From Amoeboaphelidium protococcarum X5 (Eukaryota > Fungi > Aphelidiomycota), in assembly GCA_023515725.1 (NCBI GenBank), contig JALDTO010000266.1, forward strand, positions 1,982,729 to 2,046,728: 64,000 bases of DNA, given 5' to 3'. A program made the translations under genes and the position numbers. The first letter of the stretch is position 1. The number at the start of each line of letters is the position of its first letter. The notes beneath the pieces were generated by a model. The model searched no databases. It had not been told where the DNA came from and saw only the letters and a list, made by a program, of their open reading frames with translations. Positions 39,024 through 52,822 of this stretch are shown one piece after another.

Positions 39024-42000
39024 ATGGCAGGCGGTAAGAAGGGTAAGAAGAAGTAGTAGGATGATTTCGAGTATGCGGATGAGATTCTGAATGAAGAGGA
39101 AACCACTGTAGCCGCAGATGTTGGCGTTAATGATGCTCTAAAGACTTCAAATGCGGATAAAGATGGCACCAATAGTAATAATGTGGATGGCGACGATATT
39201 CTAGATTCTCCCCCAGTGGTTGAGATCAAGATCAAGAGTAAGAAGGAGAAGGAGCGTGAGAGGAAAGAGAGATAAAAGTAGTAGCAAAAGTTGAAGTAGC
39301 AATAGTAATAGAGTAATAAACCTACTAAAGGACGCGAAGAGAGTGTTGATGACAGTAATGCCGATGAAAGTCGTCCAGAGTCCCCAGTGGTAGAATAAAC
39401 TGCTGAGAACGATCAAAATCAGACGGCGTAATCTTCAAAATCTGGTGGCAAAAAGAAGAAGGGCGGGCCGTCAGTGGCTGCATTAAAAGAACTGCTCGCT
39501 GCCAAGAAGGCTGAAGAGGAACGTCTTCGTCTGGAGTAGGAACGGGAGGAGTAGCTTTAACGAGAAAAACTTGCCGAGCTGGAGCGTCTAGAGCGTGAGT
39601 AGGAGGAGAAGGCTCGTCTGCGTAAAGAGAAGAAGAAAGAGAAGGAGCGATTGAAGAAGGAGCAGCTTCGTAAAGAAGGTAAACTTCTGAGTGATGCGGC
39701 ATTGAAGAAGTAGAAGAGAGACCAAGAGAAGTTGGGCTAGATGTTGGAAGCTGGCTAGATTGTGGTCGCCGCTATCAAGTAGGATGGTGAAGATTCTACT
39801 GCTTCCGGTGAAGATGGCGACGGCGCGTCTACTCAGTAGTAGAAGAAGAAGGTTGTTTATGATAACAAGAAGAAAGGTAAGTAGAATAAGAATGCGTAAT
39901 AGGAAGATTAATTGAAGGCGACCGTTGACAATTTGGAAGTACAAGAAGATTAAGTGGATGCAGGTGAAGCTAAAGAGTAGGAATCCCCAGAAGTTGCCGA
40001 GGATTGGGAAGAGATTGCCGATAGCTGGGAGGAATTGGATGAAGATGAAGATGATCTGGCTGAAAATGATGATAAATGGGATGAGGAAGATGCTGAATCT
40101 AGTGGCGATGAAGAAGAATTGGCCAAGAGTCCAGTTGAAGCCATCAGTTAGAAAATGAAAAACTTGGACACTTAAGCAAAGAGTGGATTATCTTCAGTAA
40201 ATGGATCATAACTCTCATCTCCAGTGGCTGACGCTGATTCAGATTCTATAAAGTCAAAGAAGCCTGCTTAGCAAGGAGATCTAAGAAGTCCTATCTGTGT
40301 TATCCTTGGCCATGTGGACACTGGTAAAACTAAGTTGTTGGATAAGATTCGTCAGACTAACGTTTAAGAAGGTGAAGCTGGTGGTATTACGCAGTAGATT
40401 GGAGCAACGTACTTTCCCGCTGATGCTTTGGCTGAAAAGACTAAAGTTGTCAGAGAATCGAAGCTTTATGGTGACATTAATCCAAAGTCTGGATTCAGTC
40501 AGAATTTTGAGTTTAAGATTCCAGCTCTGTTGCTCATTGATACTCCTGGTCACGAATCTTTTACCAATTTGAGAAGCAGAGGTTCTAGTTTGTGTAATAT
40601 TGCAATTCTGGTGGTGGATATTATGCACGGATTAGAGCCGCAGACTATCGAGTCTATCAACTTGCTGAAGTAGCGCAAGACCCCTTTCATTGTAGCATTG
40701 AACAAAATTGATAGAATATATGGTTGGAAGGAGGTGGCCAATAATTCCTTCTTAGACTCATTCCAGGCTCAGTCCAAGAGTGTCAAGAAGGAGTTTGATG
40801 ACAGAGTGCAGTAGACCAAGGTTGCTTTCGCAGAGCAGGGACTGAATGCTGAGGTATTTTATAAGAATCCGGACGTGCGTAAGTTTGTATCTCTTGTACC
40901 TACATCTGCGATCACGGGAGAAGGTATTCCAGATTTGATATCGTTGTTGGTACAGTTGACTTAGAACAGATTGACAGAGAGACTGATGTACTTGAGTAGT
41001 CTTGAAGCGACCGTGTTGGAAGTCAAGGTCATAGAAGGACTCGGTACTACTATCGACGTGATTTTATCGAACGGTATAATTAGAGAGGGTGATCGCATTG
41101 TAATTTGTGGCCTGAATGGTGCGATTGCAACTAACATCAGAGCTCTACTCACTCCTCAGCCAATGAGAGAGTTGAGAGTGAAGTCTGCGTACGTTCATCA
41201 CAAGGAGATCAAGGCGGCAATGGGAGTCAAGATCTCCGCACCAGATTTGGACAAGGCCATCGCTGGTAGTCGATTGTTGGTTGTGAGTGATGGAGATGAT
41301 GAGGAGCAGATGAAGCTGGACGTCATGTCTGATCTGACGAATCTCTTTGAATCCGTGGACAAGAGTGGTCGTGGTGTGTGCGTACAAGCTTCAACATTAG
41401 GTTCTCTTGAGGCTTTGCTCTCCTTTCTCAAAGATAGCAAGATTCCAGTGTCCATTATCAACATTGGTCCTATACATAAGAAGGATGTCATGAAATGTTC
41501 AGTGATGTTGGAACATGCGAAAGAGTACGCCGTCATTCTGGCATTCGACGTAAAGATTGATAGAGACGCTTAAGAGCTAGCTGAAGAGATGGGCATCAAG
41601 GTATTCAAGGCTGATATTATTTATCATTTATTTGATCAGTTCACTGCTTACAATAAAAAGCTGATTGAAGACCGAAAGAAAGAGATGGCGGCGGAGGCTA
41701 TATGGCCATGTCATCTTAAAATAGTGCCTGGATGCATATTCAATAAGCGGGATCCAATCATTTTGGGTGTGGACATTGTGGAAGGATAGCTGCGATTAGG
41801 CACTCCTATATGTGTTCCCTCGAAAGAGTGTGTAGTCCTCGGAAAGGTGGCCGGTATTGAGAAAGAGCACAAGGCTGTTGAATAGGCATCTAAAGGAAGT
41901 CAGGTGGCTGTCAGGATAGAAACTGATCAGGTGAGGATATTTGGCAGACATTTTGAGGAGAATGACGAGCTCGTCAGCCGTATTACTAGAAAGTCTATTG

Positions 42001-42089
42001 ATATCCTGAAAGAGGCATTCAGGAGTGAAGTCAGTAAAGATGAGTGGCTCTTGATTAAGAAATTGAAGCCAATCCTCAAGATTGACTGA
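39024..42089 (+). CDS. FUN12: Translation initiation factor eIF5B
   Basis: [20 protein letters not shown](TAA)[10 protein letters not shown](TAG)[31 protein letters not shown]; K/E-rich N-terminus. Confidence 0.98.
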
Positions 42090-42240
42090 TAGAGATTGAT
42101 ATGTTAATCTTTGAGTTGGCTCCCGTAATGGTAGCATTCAGTGAAGTGATAATACTCTGAAATAGATTACAGTAACATTTACAGTTTATAAAGAAGCTTT
42201 CTATTTATTATTAAAATAGTACACACGAACATGTAAAATG

Positions 42241-43404
42241 TCAGTTCAATTTACCGATTTCATTCTTCTTTTACAGAGCCCTCTCAGCTCTGAACAGGAA
42301 GGCATCAATGAACTGTGCAATGGTGAATATACCACCCAATATGGCACAAACCTCAGTAAGAAAGGCAGAGAATTACTTCTTATTCTACGAGTACACCACA
42401 AGCATCGGAGAAATGTCATACTGAAAGAATAGGCCAGGCATGAATCTCAGCTGCCCATTCTGCATTGCCCTCTCATGTTGAGTCACAGAATACTGATTAG
42501 TTGTAATAACACTACCATTCACATACTTTACCTGTGTAGGAACAACTTTGATAAAATACTAAAAGAATATCGAGCCTTACAAGTCTGACAACCGCTGATA
42601 ATTGTCCAAAGGCTAAACAACACCATCCACCTAATCACCGAATCGAAGACTATTAATCTAATGTTCAAAACGCATCTTATCCAAATGCTAAATTACAGAC
42701 TGAAGATCATGAACGTGCTGCCCACCCTGTGGATGTTCAAATGAATTACCCGGTGCAATATGAAAGTTTCCACTCACCTTCTACACCATAAGATTGCCAT
42801 GGATGCGACAACCTTCGCCAGAGTTGAAATCTATTGGTTCTGCGCGCTTCTCCCTCACACACTGTACAAAGTCAGCCAACTTCTCTGTGGACCATCCAGA
42901 TAATAAATAAGACTGGATAACATCGTCACATGTGTTACAACATCCATTCTCATTAACTTTGCGCGGTGCTCCATAACAATCGCCACAATAATTGGGATCC
43001 ATGACTTCCATCGATGCAGACTCCGCCTTGAGTGTCTCTTTTAGACTATACAAATCTTTACCATTCCTGTCCAGTCGCGTCTTCATTAAAGTATGGTGAA
43101 CATTATTCTACTACTCTCCAGATGCATCCATGACATCCACATTCAGGAGATTGCATGCCATATACGGGAATGTGATGTCCAAATAGATGGGTAATCGCTC
43201 CCTCCTGCTATGATCAACAGTCAGTTCAGATTCGGTGTGCACCTGCAAATAATCTATAAAGCTAAATATTACCAGCAATGTTGACAACACTATAGCTGAT
43301 ATAGATATGATGGCTCCACTTGAAGTCTTAATCTTAAAGTCATCCTTGGTCTTTGCATAAGCATCAAATGTTTTCAACTTGGACGTCCACTCTGTGCCCT
43401 CCAT
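42241..43404 (-). CDS. ERV46: ER-Golgi cycling protein Erv46/ERGIC3
   Basis: FDAYAKTKDD, YCGDCYGA, CCNTCDDV, EGCRIHG, GNFHIAPG, FLTEVCAILGGIF; C-terminal GKLN. Confidence 0.93.
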
Positions 43405-43778
43405 TATACTCAATAGTTATTGATGTGGACTATAAAGATTTTCGCCAAATTTAAAATAATTAAAATTTCTATAAATAAAGCTTCCAGCTCAATAGTACAA
43501 TATCAGTCTCTTAAAGTATTTACTCTGAAGGAGGCCCTGTGATAGAAAGTGGAAAGAATTGAAAGGAAACGCGCGCGGTGAGAGTTTGAGCAATTATGTG
43601 AGTGAATGAGAACTCGAAGATATGCTGCAAAGACTAATACTGAACATGACAGATATTGATGTCTAAAACGGTAAAGACATGTGATGCAGTCTTACAATTT
43701 TTTTTATTCTATTCATCTAGATCTCATCAGATTTTAACTGTATTGCTATTTTCGAGCATTGCTACAAGCTCACCTTTT

Positions 43779-46691
43779 TCAACTCCAAGGCTTCTTGCGC
43801 ATCAAACACTCCATCACGACAATGGAGAGTGAGTAGACATCTCCGGCGAGTATTACAGCATGTGGATTAGTCGTCTACAGTCTACTTGCTCGCACTGCTT
43901 CCGGTGCCGAGTACGTGATACTGATACCGCGCAGATTGGTCATTGCAGAGGCATTGACCAGCAGTGATGGAGAGTCGAGCACATTAGAGATTCCCAAATC
44001 AGTCACCTCTGGCTCCAGCTATCCATTGTTATCTTACAAAAGAACATTGTCAGGTTTAATATCACAGTGGGCGATCCTTTTTTTATGCATGTACATTAAT
44101 GCAGCTGCATACTTATTCAACAGGTGCACCACAGCGCGCTTAGAGTACACATAGCTTTTTGAAGTCTGCTCTCTACCATGGATAAAGTTTCTCAATGCAC
44201 CCAGGGGATAGAACTTCATAACAATTGCAACCGGATCTGAGGAGTAATTATACAGGCGTGCAAAGTTGGGATGATCTCTGAACAGATACATAAGACTGAT
44301 CTCCTGGTACACGCTCTGCACGATCCTTTCACTCTACGCAGCCAACTCTTATTTCAATACTTTAGCAACTACCATGCTCTCTTTAATACCAGAGCGCTTA
44401 GTCATCTCGGAGTTCAATCGGGTTGCCAAGTATATTATCCCAATTCCACCCTCCGTCAGAATCTTATCTGGACGAATATCTCTGTTGAACTGCATCTCAA
44501 GGAAGGCGGGGATCGACAATTCATGGACAGTACCTACAGCAGTTTAATTATATTGAGACTGATTGACCGTTGCCAGTTTGGTAGAGTACTACGTTGTAGC
44601 TCCGTCAAGGGAACTTACTTCCGAAAGGTTTGTCATTGGGATATTCCTTGACAATGTCTGTAATGTACGGCGAAATTGCCTACGTCTTACTACCAAAAAC
44701 ATCACTGCCACAGTAGAGGAAGCAATGAAAAGACTTACAGCGCCGACTATAGCCAAAACAGTATAATTCTACGTCTGAGCAGTGTCTCACCTGATGTGGC
44801 AGAATCTGAAGAACTTACACCATTTATCCCTTAATTGCTTGACTTGGTCTCACCATTACCAATAGTAAACACATGTATACTCGTGCTTACACTGAAAGCT
44901 ACAGACTATAAATCAGATCTATAGGTAGAACTGACTCTTATGCTACTTTATGCCGGATTATTCGTTGGAATAACAGTACTATACATAGACATGGAACAGA
45001 CAATTATAGTCTCAGATGAAGCAGTGGAGAGCTCCAGTGAAGAGCTTATTCCTGTAGAAGAAGCAACTTAAGTGTACAATTCAGAGCTTCCCTGAAGAGT
45101 CGTCATCTCACTAATTTATTCGCTAGATACAGCACTTAATGTGACAACCGTACTGTTTGCAAATCCTGAAGATTGAGTAACAGACACATGGGCGGAGGTT
45201 GAGGTGGACACTTTAGGAGAACTAGACAAACTTTGGACAGTATTGACGACTGATGATGAAGCGGGAGACGTACTGATCGAGGAGGAGGCTTTTAGAGTGG
45301 ATGAACTCTTTGTGGTAGTAGAGATAGAGGATGATGTTACAGATCTGGAGGTAGAGGTAGTGATAATGGAAGTAACTTTAGAAGAAGTACTTTAGCCGGC
45401 TGTTGACGTGGATGAACTCTTAGCAGTCGTAGACATGGAGGACGAGGTAGCAGACTTTGTGGTAGAAGTTTTGGTAATGGACGTTATAGTGGTCACCGCT
45501 GGTGTTACTTATGTCTTTAATACTTGGAAAAAGACATTCCCATTAGCATCATCGCGGCCATACATGACAAGAGCATCAGCAAATACACTATACTTGCTAA
45601 AATAAGGGTAAGTATTGCCATGACGCTATGTATAAGGAATAAAAGCTTTCGTTTGTCCATACTTATCATATACGAAGACTATCCAGCCACCGCCTATGGT
45701 GTACGCGTAAACGGCAACATAGTCGCCACCTAGAGGAGTGACCATAAACCTCGTATATTGCAGACCATTCAAGTAAGAAATATAAACGTTCTAGCCATCA
45801 TAAGGCACGTAAGCAATAGCAGAATTTTAAACCCCAAGATTGGGATTCATAAGTTCAGCGCCAGCCAAAAAGTAGCCCAATCCACCATTATAAACAAAAA
45901 ACAAGTCATCAAAAGTAATAGCACTTTGCCCCAGAACAGTAGACTGCAGGGTGGTTTGCTTATAGCTGAGCGAAATTGTGATGGACGAACGATCAAGAAA
46001 GCACATACGAGGCGAAAACCCAGACCCGTAGTTGTATAGGAACAGGGTGAACGGAGTCATGTATGACTTGGAGTAGATTTATCCGCAGAAAGAATTAACA
46101 CATGACATTGTTGTTGCATCAATTCTGAAAGCATAATTGTCATCTACAGTGTAAAGGACAGCGAGAACAAAATGATTGGCCTGAATATCATAAACCATTT
46201 TGCAAATCTGTAGCTGAGTTTCCCTACACAGAGACACACAGAGTTTTGATGGCAGCCACGACAGGAGTAAACGAGATATCCGCGCCTTGAATCTTTATTA
46301 AACGGGGGCAAACAAATGAGTACAAAAAGCCCAAATATACATAGCCATTGACGAAATACATATGCAACTTACTCGGCCAAATGTACAGGTCGCCTTAAAT
46401 AGTAACAGAGGACTGGACAGAGTAAGTTGAGCCAACGCGAGACAACTTCAAGAGAATGATACAATTCTGGTTGGAGGTCAAGAAGGATTATTGCTGACTA
46501 GTCAGGATCCTACCATTCAAATCGTAATCAAAGTCGTAATTGCTGGTGGAAGAAGCCCAAGTAACACCAGCAGATGATGAGCCACAGGCAAAAGCCATAT
46601 ACAGATCACCAGTTGAGTCGTCAATGGCAGCCACATACTGACCATCCTCAAAAGAGGACACGAATCTTAGATGGAGCAGACAAGTAACCAT
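43779..46691 (-). CDS. Receptor-like protein kinase (beta-rich ectodomain, Ser/Thr stalk, TM, kinase); two frame breaks, either introns or frameshifts
   Basis: Hydrophobic N-terminus; S/T-rich stalk about 44820-45500; TM about 44690-44760 followed by RRR; kinase motifs EGGIGIIY, VVAK, HCDIKPDNVL, DLG, YSAPE, DVYS; TGA right after KKPWS. Frame changes near 46200 and 44785; start uncertain. Confidence 0.75.
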
Positions 46692-46907
46692 CAAAGCGAC
46701 AAGGACACACGATGCATTGCATGAATCATTATAGACAATATCGATGCTGATTCGTAATGAGTAGACACTCTGATTGGAACCATAATTTTACCGCAATATA
46801 CTTCAATCGCAGCATCGGAATTTCATCAATAATTAATTACGCAACCAATTGTCACAAGTAAGAGTAAACATAAGATATAGAAATGATTATTAAATATATA
46901 CCAAGTT

Positions 46908-48395
46908 TCATAGACTGAACATTCTCACAAGCGAGTAGGAGCAGATGAACGAAGCTATTAGAAGCACGGAGGACGTGACAAGGATAAAGTCCGTCGATAG
47001 GGACACGTTGATCAGAAATACAACAACAATAATATTCACAATCGTGCGAACTATAACCATTAGAGTTGTACGAATATCCTGATTAAAGTACTTGGTTCTG
47101 AGCAATGCTAGAGCCGGATAGCAGGCACCAAATGCAACATTCAACACGGTAAAAGACAGAAATACACTCCATGTTCTATTAAACAAGACGGGAATCGCCA
47201 GAGCGGAACAACCAACTAAAGAACTAACTAGCAATATTTGTGAATATTACAGTTAATCATATTATTATGCAGCAACAGCAGCAGTTGTAGCAATCTAGCG
47301 ACGAATCAGAAGAGAGAACATGGCATTCCCACACATACGCGACACCATCATACATGCGTACACAAGAGTAAAAGGAATACTACTCTCATCTTTACTCAGC
47401 ACCGGTCCGAAAAGGAAAGCCCACACAATCTGCACAGATTCAAACATAACCATAATTACACCAATGCAGAGAATACGCTTGTCAAGTCTAAACAGATTCA
47501 GCGACTTGATACAAGCAGTGAGTATTGATGATACGCGGCGCCTGTTGTTGGTACTCCCACTTTCGCTCAACCCACGAAGAGTCAAAAGGGCAAATACAAT
47601 CCATAGAAGACTGACTAAGTACGGAATCTAATACCACTTGGTAGAGTCAACCAGTTGATGCGAAATTACGCCAGCGAGAATTCCCAGTAAAGGTGTATAG
47701 AATCCTATACTTATAAAAGTATCCGCCACCTAGTAGAACGGCGATTTAGAATTATAGTACTCGGAAACCATCCATACCTCGTACACTGCCATAAAGAGGC
47801 TCATAGAGATTCCATCCAAGATTCTACCAATAACCAGGAGAGGGAACAGTCCAGATAGTTTCAGAAGGGTACCTGCACAAAACAAAATTACCTATAGATA
47901 TGCCAACTGCTTGCGATTGTATATATCTGCAATAATCGTCGCCAAGCCACCAATGGATGCACTACTTGCATATAAAATAATGAAGAGAAGACTGATTTAC
48001 TTGATCGACAGACCATACGATCTATATAACGTATACAAGTATGGCTCCTACAATAGAATGGCAAACTGCATAGACAGATAGATCCATAACAGAGACAATC
48101 TCCACCTCTAAAACAACGCGTTTGCGCTCTACTGCATTTGATTACTGACTCTTCTTCTTAGAGCGGAAGTCTCATCAGTCTAACTACTCAAGTCATGCAT
48201 AATGATATCGCCGTCTCCAAAAATCTCCAACTCATTCTTATCATCAGCGGTATTGGAACTCTCTCGCTCTTGCTATTAAGGTTCAGATTATTAATTCTGC
48301 TACTACTCTTGTAGCAGTATCTTTTACCATTTCCCTGCATAATAAGACAGATAGAAGCATACTAAGCACAACACTGTAAAAGATTCCCAAAACAT
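46908..48395 (-). CDS. MFS_5 (MFSD5/MOT2-like) transporter
   Basis: LQ(TAG)EPYLYTLY, LVIGRILDGIS, YEVWMVSE, MFESVQIVWAFLF; many TM segments. Confidence 0.85.
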
Positions 48396-48991
48396 ATTCT
48401 AAAATTGTTAAATTAAATCGCTGTTGAATAATGATAATATAATCAACCAATTTACCACTGTACTCTCGAGGTGGACTAAGCTTGCAGCTCTAAGTTATCC
48501 GAAGATAAAGCGCTCACTGAACGCGCGGAAGAAGTTTTAAATTTAAACAATGGCGACATTGCTAGCCACTCAAGGCATCTTTGGCGTATATCAATATTAA
48601 TACGGTATCATTGGACACTGTTAGTTCTTGTTCTATAGACAATGCATCCTTACTAATTTAATCGCCTAGTGATATTGCATGAGTAATGTGTTTGCCGAAA
48701 GTGAAAGTGACTGGAATCGAGTAACAGAAAATAGCCCCTTGTCAGTTACACATAACTCTGTATGAATTGATTATCGTGGACCGTGACTGACAAGGTAATA
48801 AAATAGCTATACAATCCTCTTAATCAGATTACATCATCACGTTGCCATAGGAATCCCGAAATCCCGAAACTCGCGCCTTCTTCTTTTGAAACGGTTTGAT
48901 AACATTTTAAAAATCTCTTTTCTTTCCGCTTTCGGTTTAGTTGCTCGACTCATAATACATATAGTACTGTACAGAAGAACTGGTAGTCTGA

Positions 48992-50866
48992 ATGATTTTG
49001 GAGCATATTACTGCAACCTCGTAAACTTCTCGGTTTGCAGAGACTGATTATGGAATTGATTTGAAGGGTGTCTAGATTGCTGTGGGTGAGAGAATTTTGC
49101 TGTAGGATGCTCACTTGTAATTGAATGCTGGTGTTCATTACGGTCTACTTGGACGTAATGGAGTTGGTAAATCGATATTGTTAAAGTGCCTGGCTTCTGG
49201 TATTCTATTGAGTCCTAATGTTCGTGATTAGATGCGAATCATGATGATCAGTTAGACTCTAGATACTGAGGATAATGATGAAGCAGTTAACTAGTTAGAT
49301 AGCATCACCGTTCAAGAGGAGATGTTGATAACTCCATTCGGCTGGGACTGGTCGGTGGATGAATAGACGCGGTGGGAGCACTTGGCTGAACTGCGATCTG
49401 GTGCCAGAGGTAAGGAGGCGAGATAGATGGCTGAGAAGTTGGGTAAGATGGCTTTGGATAACAGCAAGATTGAACCGGAATTACAGCTGCTAGACGATTT
49501 AGATCAGGTTGATCCGGCCAAGGTTAAGGAAGTTGCCAAGACTCTAAAGATTACTGATGAAATGATGGAACGTCCCCTCAGCTCTTTATCAGGTGGTTGG
49601 AAGATGCGAGTTTAATTAGCCAAAGCTATTCTGTATCAGCCGGATGTGCTCCTTCTGGATGAACCTACCAATCATCTTGATATTGCAGGTATAATATGGT
49701 TATAAAAGGCTATCAGTAGCAAGTTGGTAGATATCACAATCCTCATGGTTAGTCACAATAGATCTTTTCTGAATGCGGTTGCGCAGAGAATTGTTGTATT
49801 CAAGAACAAGTAACTGGAGTATTACAAAGGGAATTATGATTAATACATTGAAACTATTACTGATAAAGAGTTATATGCAGAGCGGTTGTAAGATCAGCTT
49901 GATCGCAAGAGAGCCGCCATGGAAAGCAGTATAAAGAAGAATGCCAGTGATGCTAAGAAGAGGGGAGATGACAAGAAAATGAAATAGGTTGCGTCGAGGA
50001 AGATTAAATTGGAGGAGAGAACTGGTGTATTGAGGAACGAGAAAGGTCATAGATTCAAATTGAATCGAGATAGAGTCGGTTATTTTGATTAGAAGCTGGG
50101 AGAGGTTGAGCACGAGTAGGATGAACTCTCTCAGAGTAAACTAAAGTTCTCAATACCCACTCCAATTTTACCTAGATTTAATGGTCCATTGCTTGTGGTT
50201 GAAGACGTTGGATTTGAACGTAAGGATTAGGCAGGTAATCTATTGTTTAAGTTGGAGAGCATCACGTTCAGTGTGGAGGCTGGATAGTGTGTTGCTATTT
50301 GCGGTGCGAATGGTCAAGGTAAATCTACTCTTTTGAATCTTATTGCCAGTCAGTGGCATCCTAGCCGCGGAAGTATCAATGTGAGGAGTAATAAAGTTGG
50401 ATACTTTAAGCAGGATTACGTGAAGGATTTGGGTAGAGAGACGGATAATGCAGTGACTCGATTGTCTAAATAGTATCCGGAGATAAGTCAAGTTTAGTTG
50501 CGGAATCATCTAGGCTCTTTTGGTCTTGGTGCAAATGCTCTAGCTGTGGATGTACCAATTGGCAAGCTTTCAGGAGGACAAAGAGTAGTGTATGCTTTCG
50601 CGGAACTGACTCTTTCAAGTCCATCACTCCTCCTACTTGATGAGCCAAACAGTCATCTTGATCTGGATGCTCTCGAAGCATTGTCTGAAAGTCTACAGAA
50701 ATTTGAGGGCGGCATAGTTATCGTGTCTCATGATGTATCCTTCATCCAGGATGTGTCCACCCAGATCTTGTGGTTGTCTGAGGGTAAATTGGTACAGATT
50801 GAAGGTGAAGAAATTGAAAAGTATGCCTCTGGACTTAAAGGCAAAAAGGGTAAGGCTAAAAAGTGA
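48992..50866 (+). CDS. ABC-F family ATPase (two NBDs, no TM)
   Basis: GRNGVGKS, LSGGWKMRV, LLLDEPTNHLD, VSHN; GANGQGKST, LSGGQR, LLLDEPNSHLD, VSHD; start could be further upstream. Confidence 0.9.
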
Positions 50867-51130
50867 TATTTTTAGCGCATTACTATCAAGGCAGTTTATG
50901 CATTGTCAATAAATCGCTCACATATACTTTAGGTCCTTTATTAGCACAGTGTGTTAAAGCAAGTGTTTCTTAGGGAGTAATCACGCATTATCGTAATGTC
51001 TATTGTTGTCACTTTAATCTGGAATAGGAAAAATTATATTTGAACATTTAAAGGACACTATACCCAATAAATTTATTAGTTCCTGTCAATAAACATGTTT
51101 CTGGTTTATAAATTTTAGTCATCTGGACAA

Positions 51131-52642
51131 TCATTATTGTCCAAAGCGACGGTTGAAAATCGACACATTACTTTGATATTAACCATGCTGTAACGCCAAT
51201 GGATAGAGATGACTGTTCTTGGAAGCTTATTACATTTTACTAGCGATCCAATGCGGGACGTTTAGAGTCGCACGCTCAAAAGCATTCTAACTCACTGTGC
51301 CTCCAGCGATTACCATTTTCTTATCAATAGCATGCACATTCGAAGTCTTGCCACTTTCTATATCTGACTTTGTAATTGGCAATGTATAAACTTGCACATT
51401 AGTGATACAAACATCACGCGGCACTAACATAATATTAGTGTGAGGATCGTAATAACCAAATTGACTCTACTACGGCTGAGGTTTGCGTGGGATATCAACG
51501 GGTAGCCTTTAACTGCTCAATCTCTCTCTCTCACGGCCACGGCCTCTACTTTTACGTCTCTAAACACCTCCACTATCAGAATCTTCACTGTCATCTTCAT
51601 CGTCATACAACAGAGACGATTCTTAATCCTCCCTCTAATCGTCATCATCATCATCGTCGTCGATATCAATGCTCTACTCTGCATAATTTACTCTTCTTCT
51701 GCTACTTCCGCGTCCAAGACCATCTGCAATCTAATCTTATTCCACCAGCGTCATGCTTCCATCACCAGAGGCTGTGGCCACATGATGATCATCATTTAGA
51801 TCGGAGATATCATCAGACTCTCTGGATGATGAGCGACGTTTACGCTTGACAATCTATGAGGTGATAGATTGTAGATGTTGTTATAGCTAAGCATCCTACT
51901 GTCCACTAGCTCCGCCATTAAGTCGCTACTCTCTATCCAATTTTAGCTTCTGATTATAAGCAAAAGTGGACTTGGCAATCTAATAGATCCAATCCTGACC
52001 AGGTTATTGCACAGGAGATGGATCCTTCAGAAGGCCAGAGAGTTGACCAACATTAGAGTGAAATGATTTCAAATCTTCAATCTCACTCTGATCCTGCGCA
52101 GTCCTATCTCCCTCCTTCAGAATCTTTCTAATCAACTTACCACCATACAGTTTATAAGCATTAACTACTGAAGTGACGGCTACATTACGCTGGCGCATGT
52201 TCGGATGTATAATCTACATCTTGATCATATCATCACGTTCCTTCACACTCAGTATAAGACGCCTAAAGTCTGGATTAGCACGCAAAAATCTATGAGAGTC
52301 TATGCCAAATACCAGACGGGCCATATCCAAAACTAGACAGTACTTTCTATTAGCATCTCTGCGCCTCAGTATAAACGTTCTGATTCTAAACTCTTTCTTC
52401 TCCGGCTCCACAATGTCTCCATTCTCATCCACTCGACCATCCCCACTGAATTCATCATCCCAAATCTCTGCCGCCAATTTAGGAGTAATCTTGATTCTCT
52501 AAAGCCCATCCTCTCCATCCCCATCATCGTCTGACATTTCCTCTTCCTCCTACCTCTACTGAACCACGTCACCATCATCATCCCCAGGTTCCTCACTTTT
52601 AAAGTACTTTCTCGGTCTTCCAGGTCTTCTCTTGACATTCAT
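51131..52642 (-). CDS. Rsc7/Npl6/Swp82-like chromatin-remodelling subunit with AT-hook
   Basis: MNVKRRPGRPRK (AT-hook); EFRIRTF...DSHRF...AYKLYGGKLI resembles the CRC_subunit domain; YDPHTNIM motif; TGA at 51131. Confidence 0.7.
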
Positions 52643-52744
52643 TCTGTCCACTATCTATTCAGCTACAATCTATGAATGGGATGTTGAAATCTGATTAAAG
52701 TCACAACAATAACAACAGCGATGAGCTAAAAACTTTGTTGAATC

Positions 52745-52822
52745 GAGAGGAAGGAAAGAAAGAAGAGCGAGAGAGAGAGAGAGAGCGGATAAAGAGAGAG
52801 AGAGAGCGAGAGAGAGAGAGAG
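52745..52822. repeat. (GA)n microsatellite in divergent promoter
   Basis: Read directly; lies between the Rsc7-like gene and TMA20. Confidence 0.9.

Noticed and set aside
48550-48672. 40-codon plus-strand ORF between the MFS and ABCF genes
   Set aside because: ORFs this short are common when there is only one stop codon; no motif or other support.
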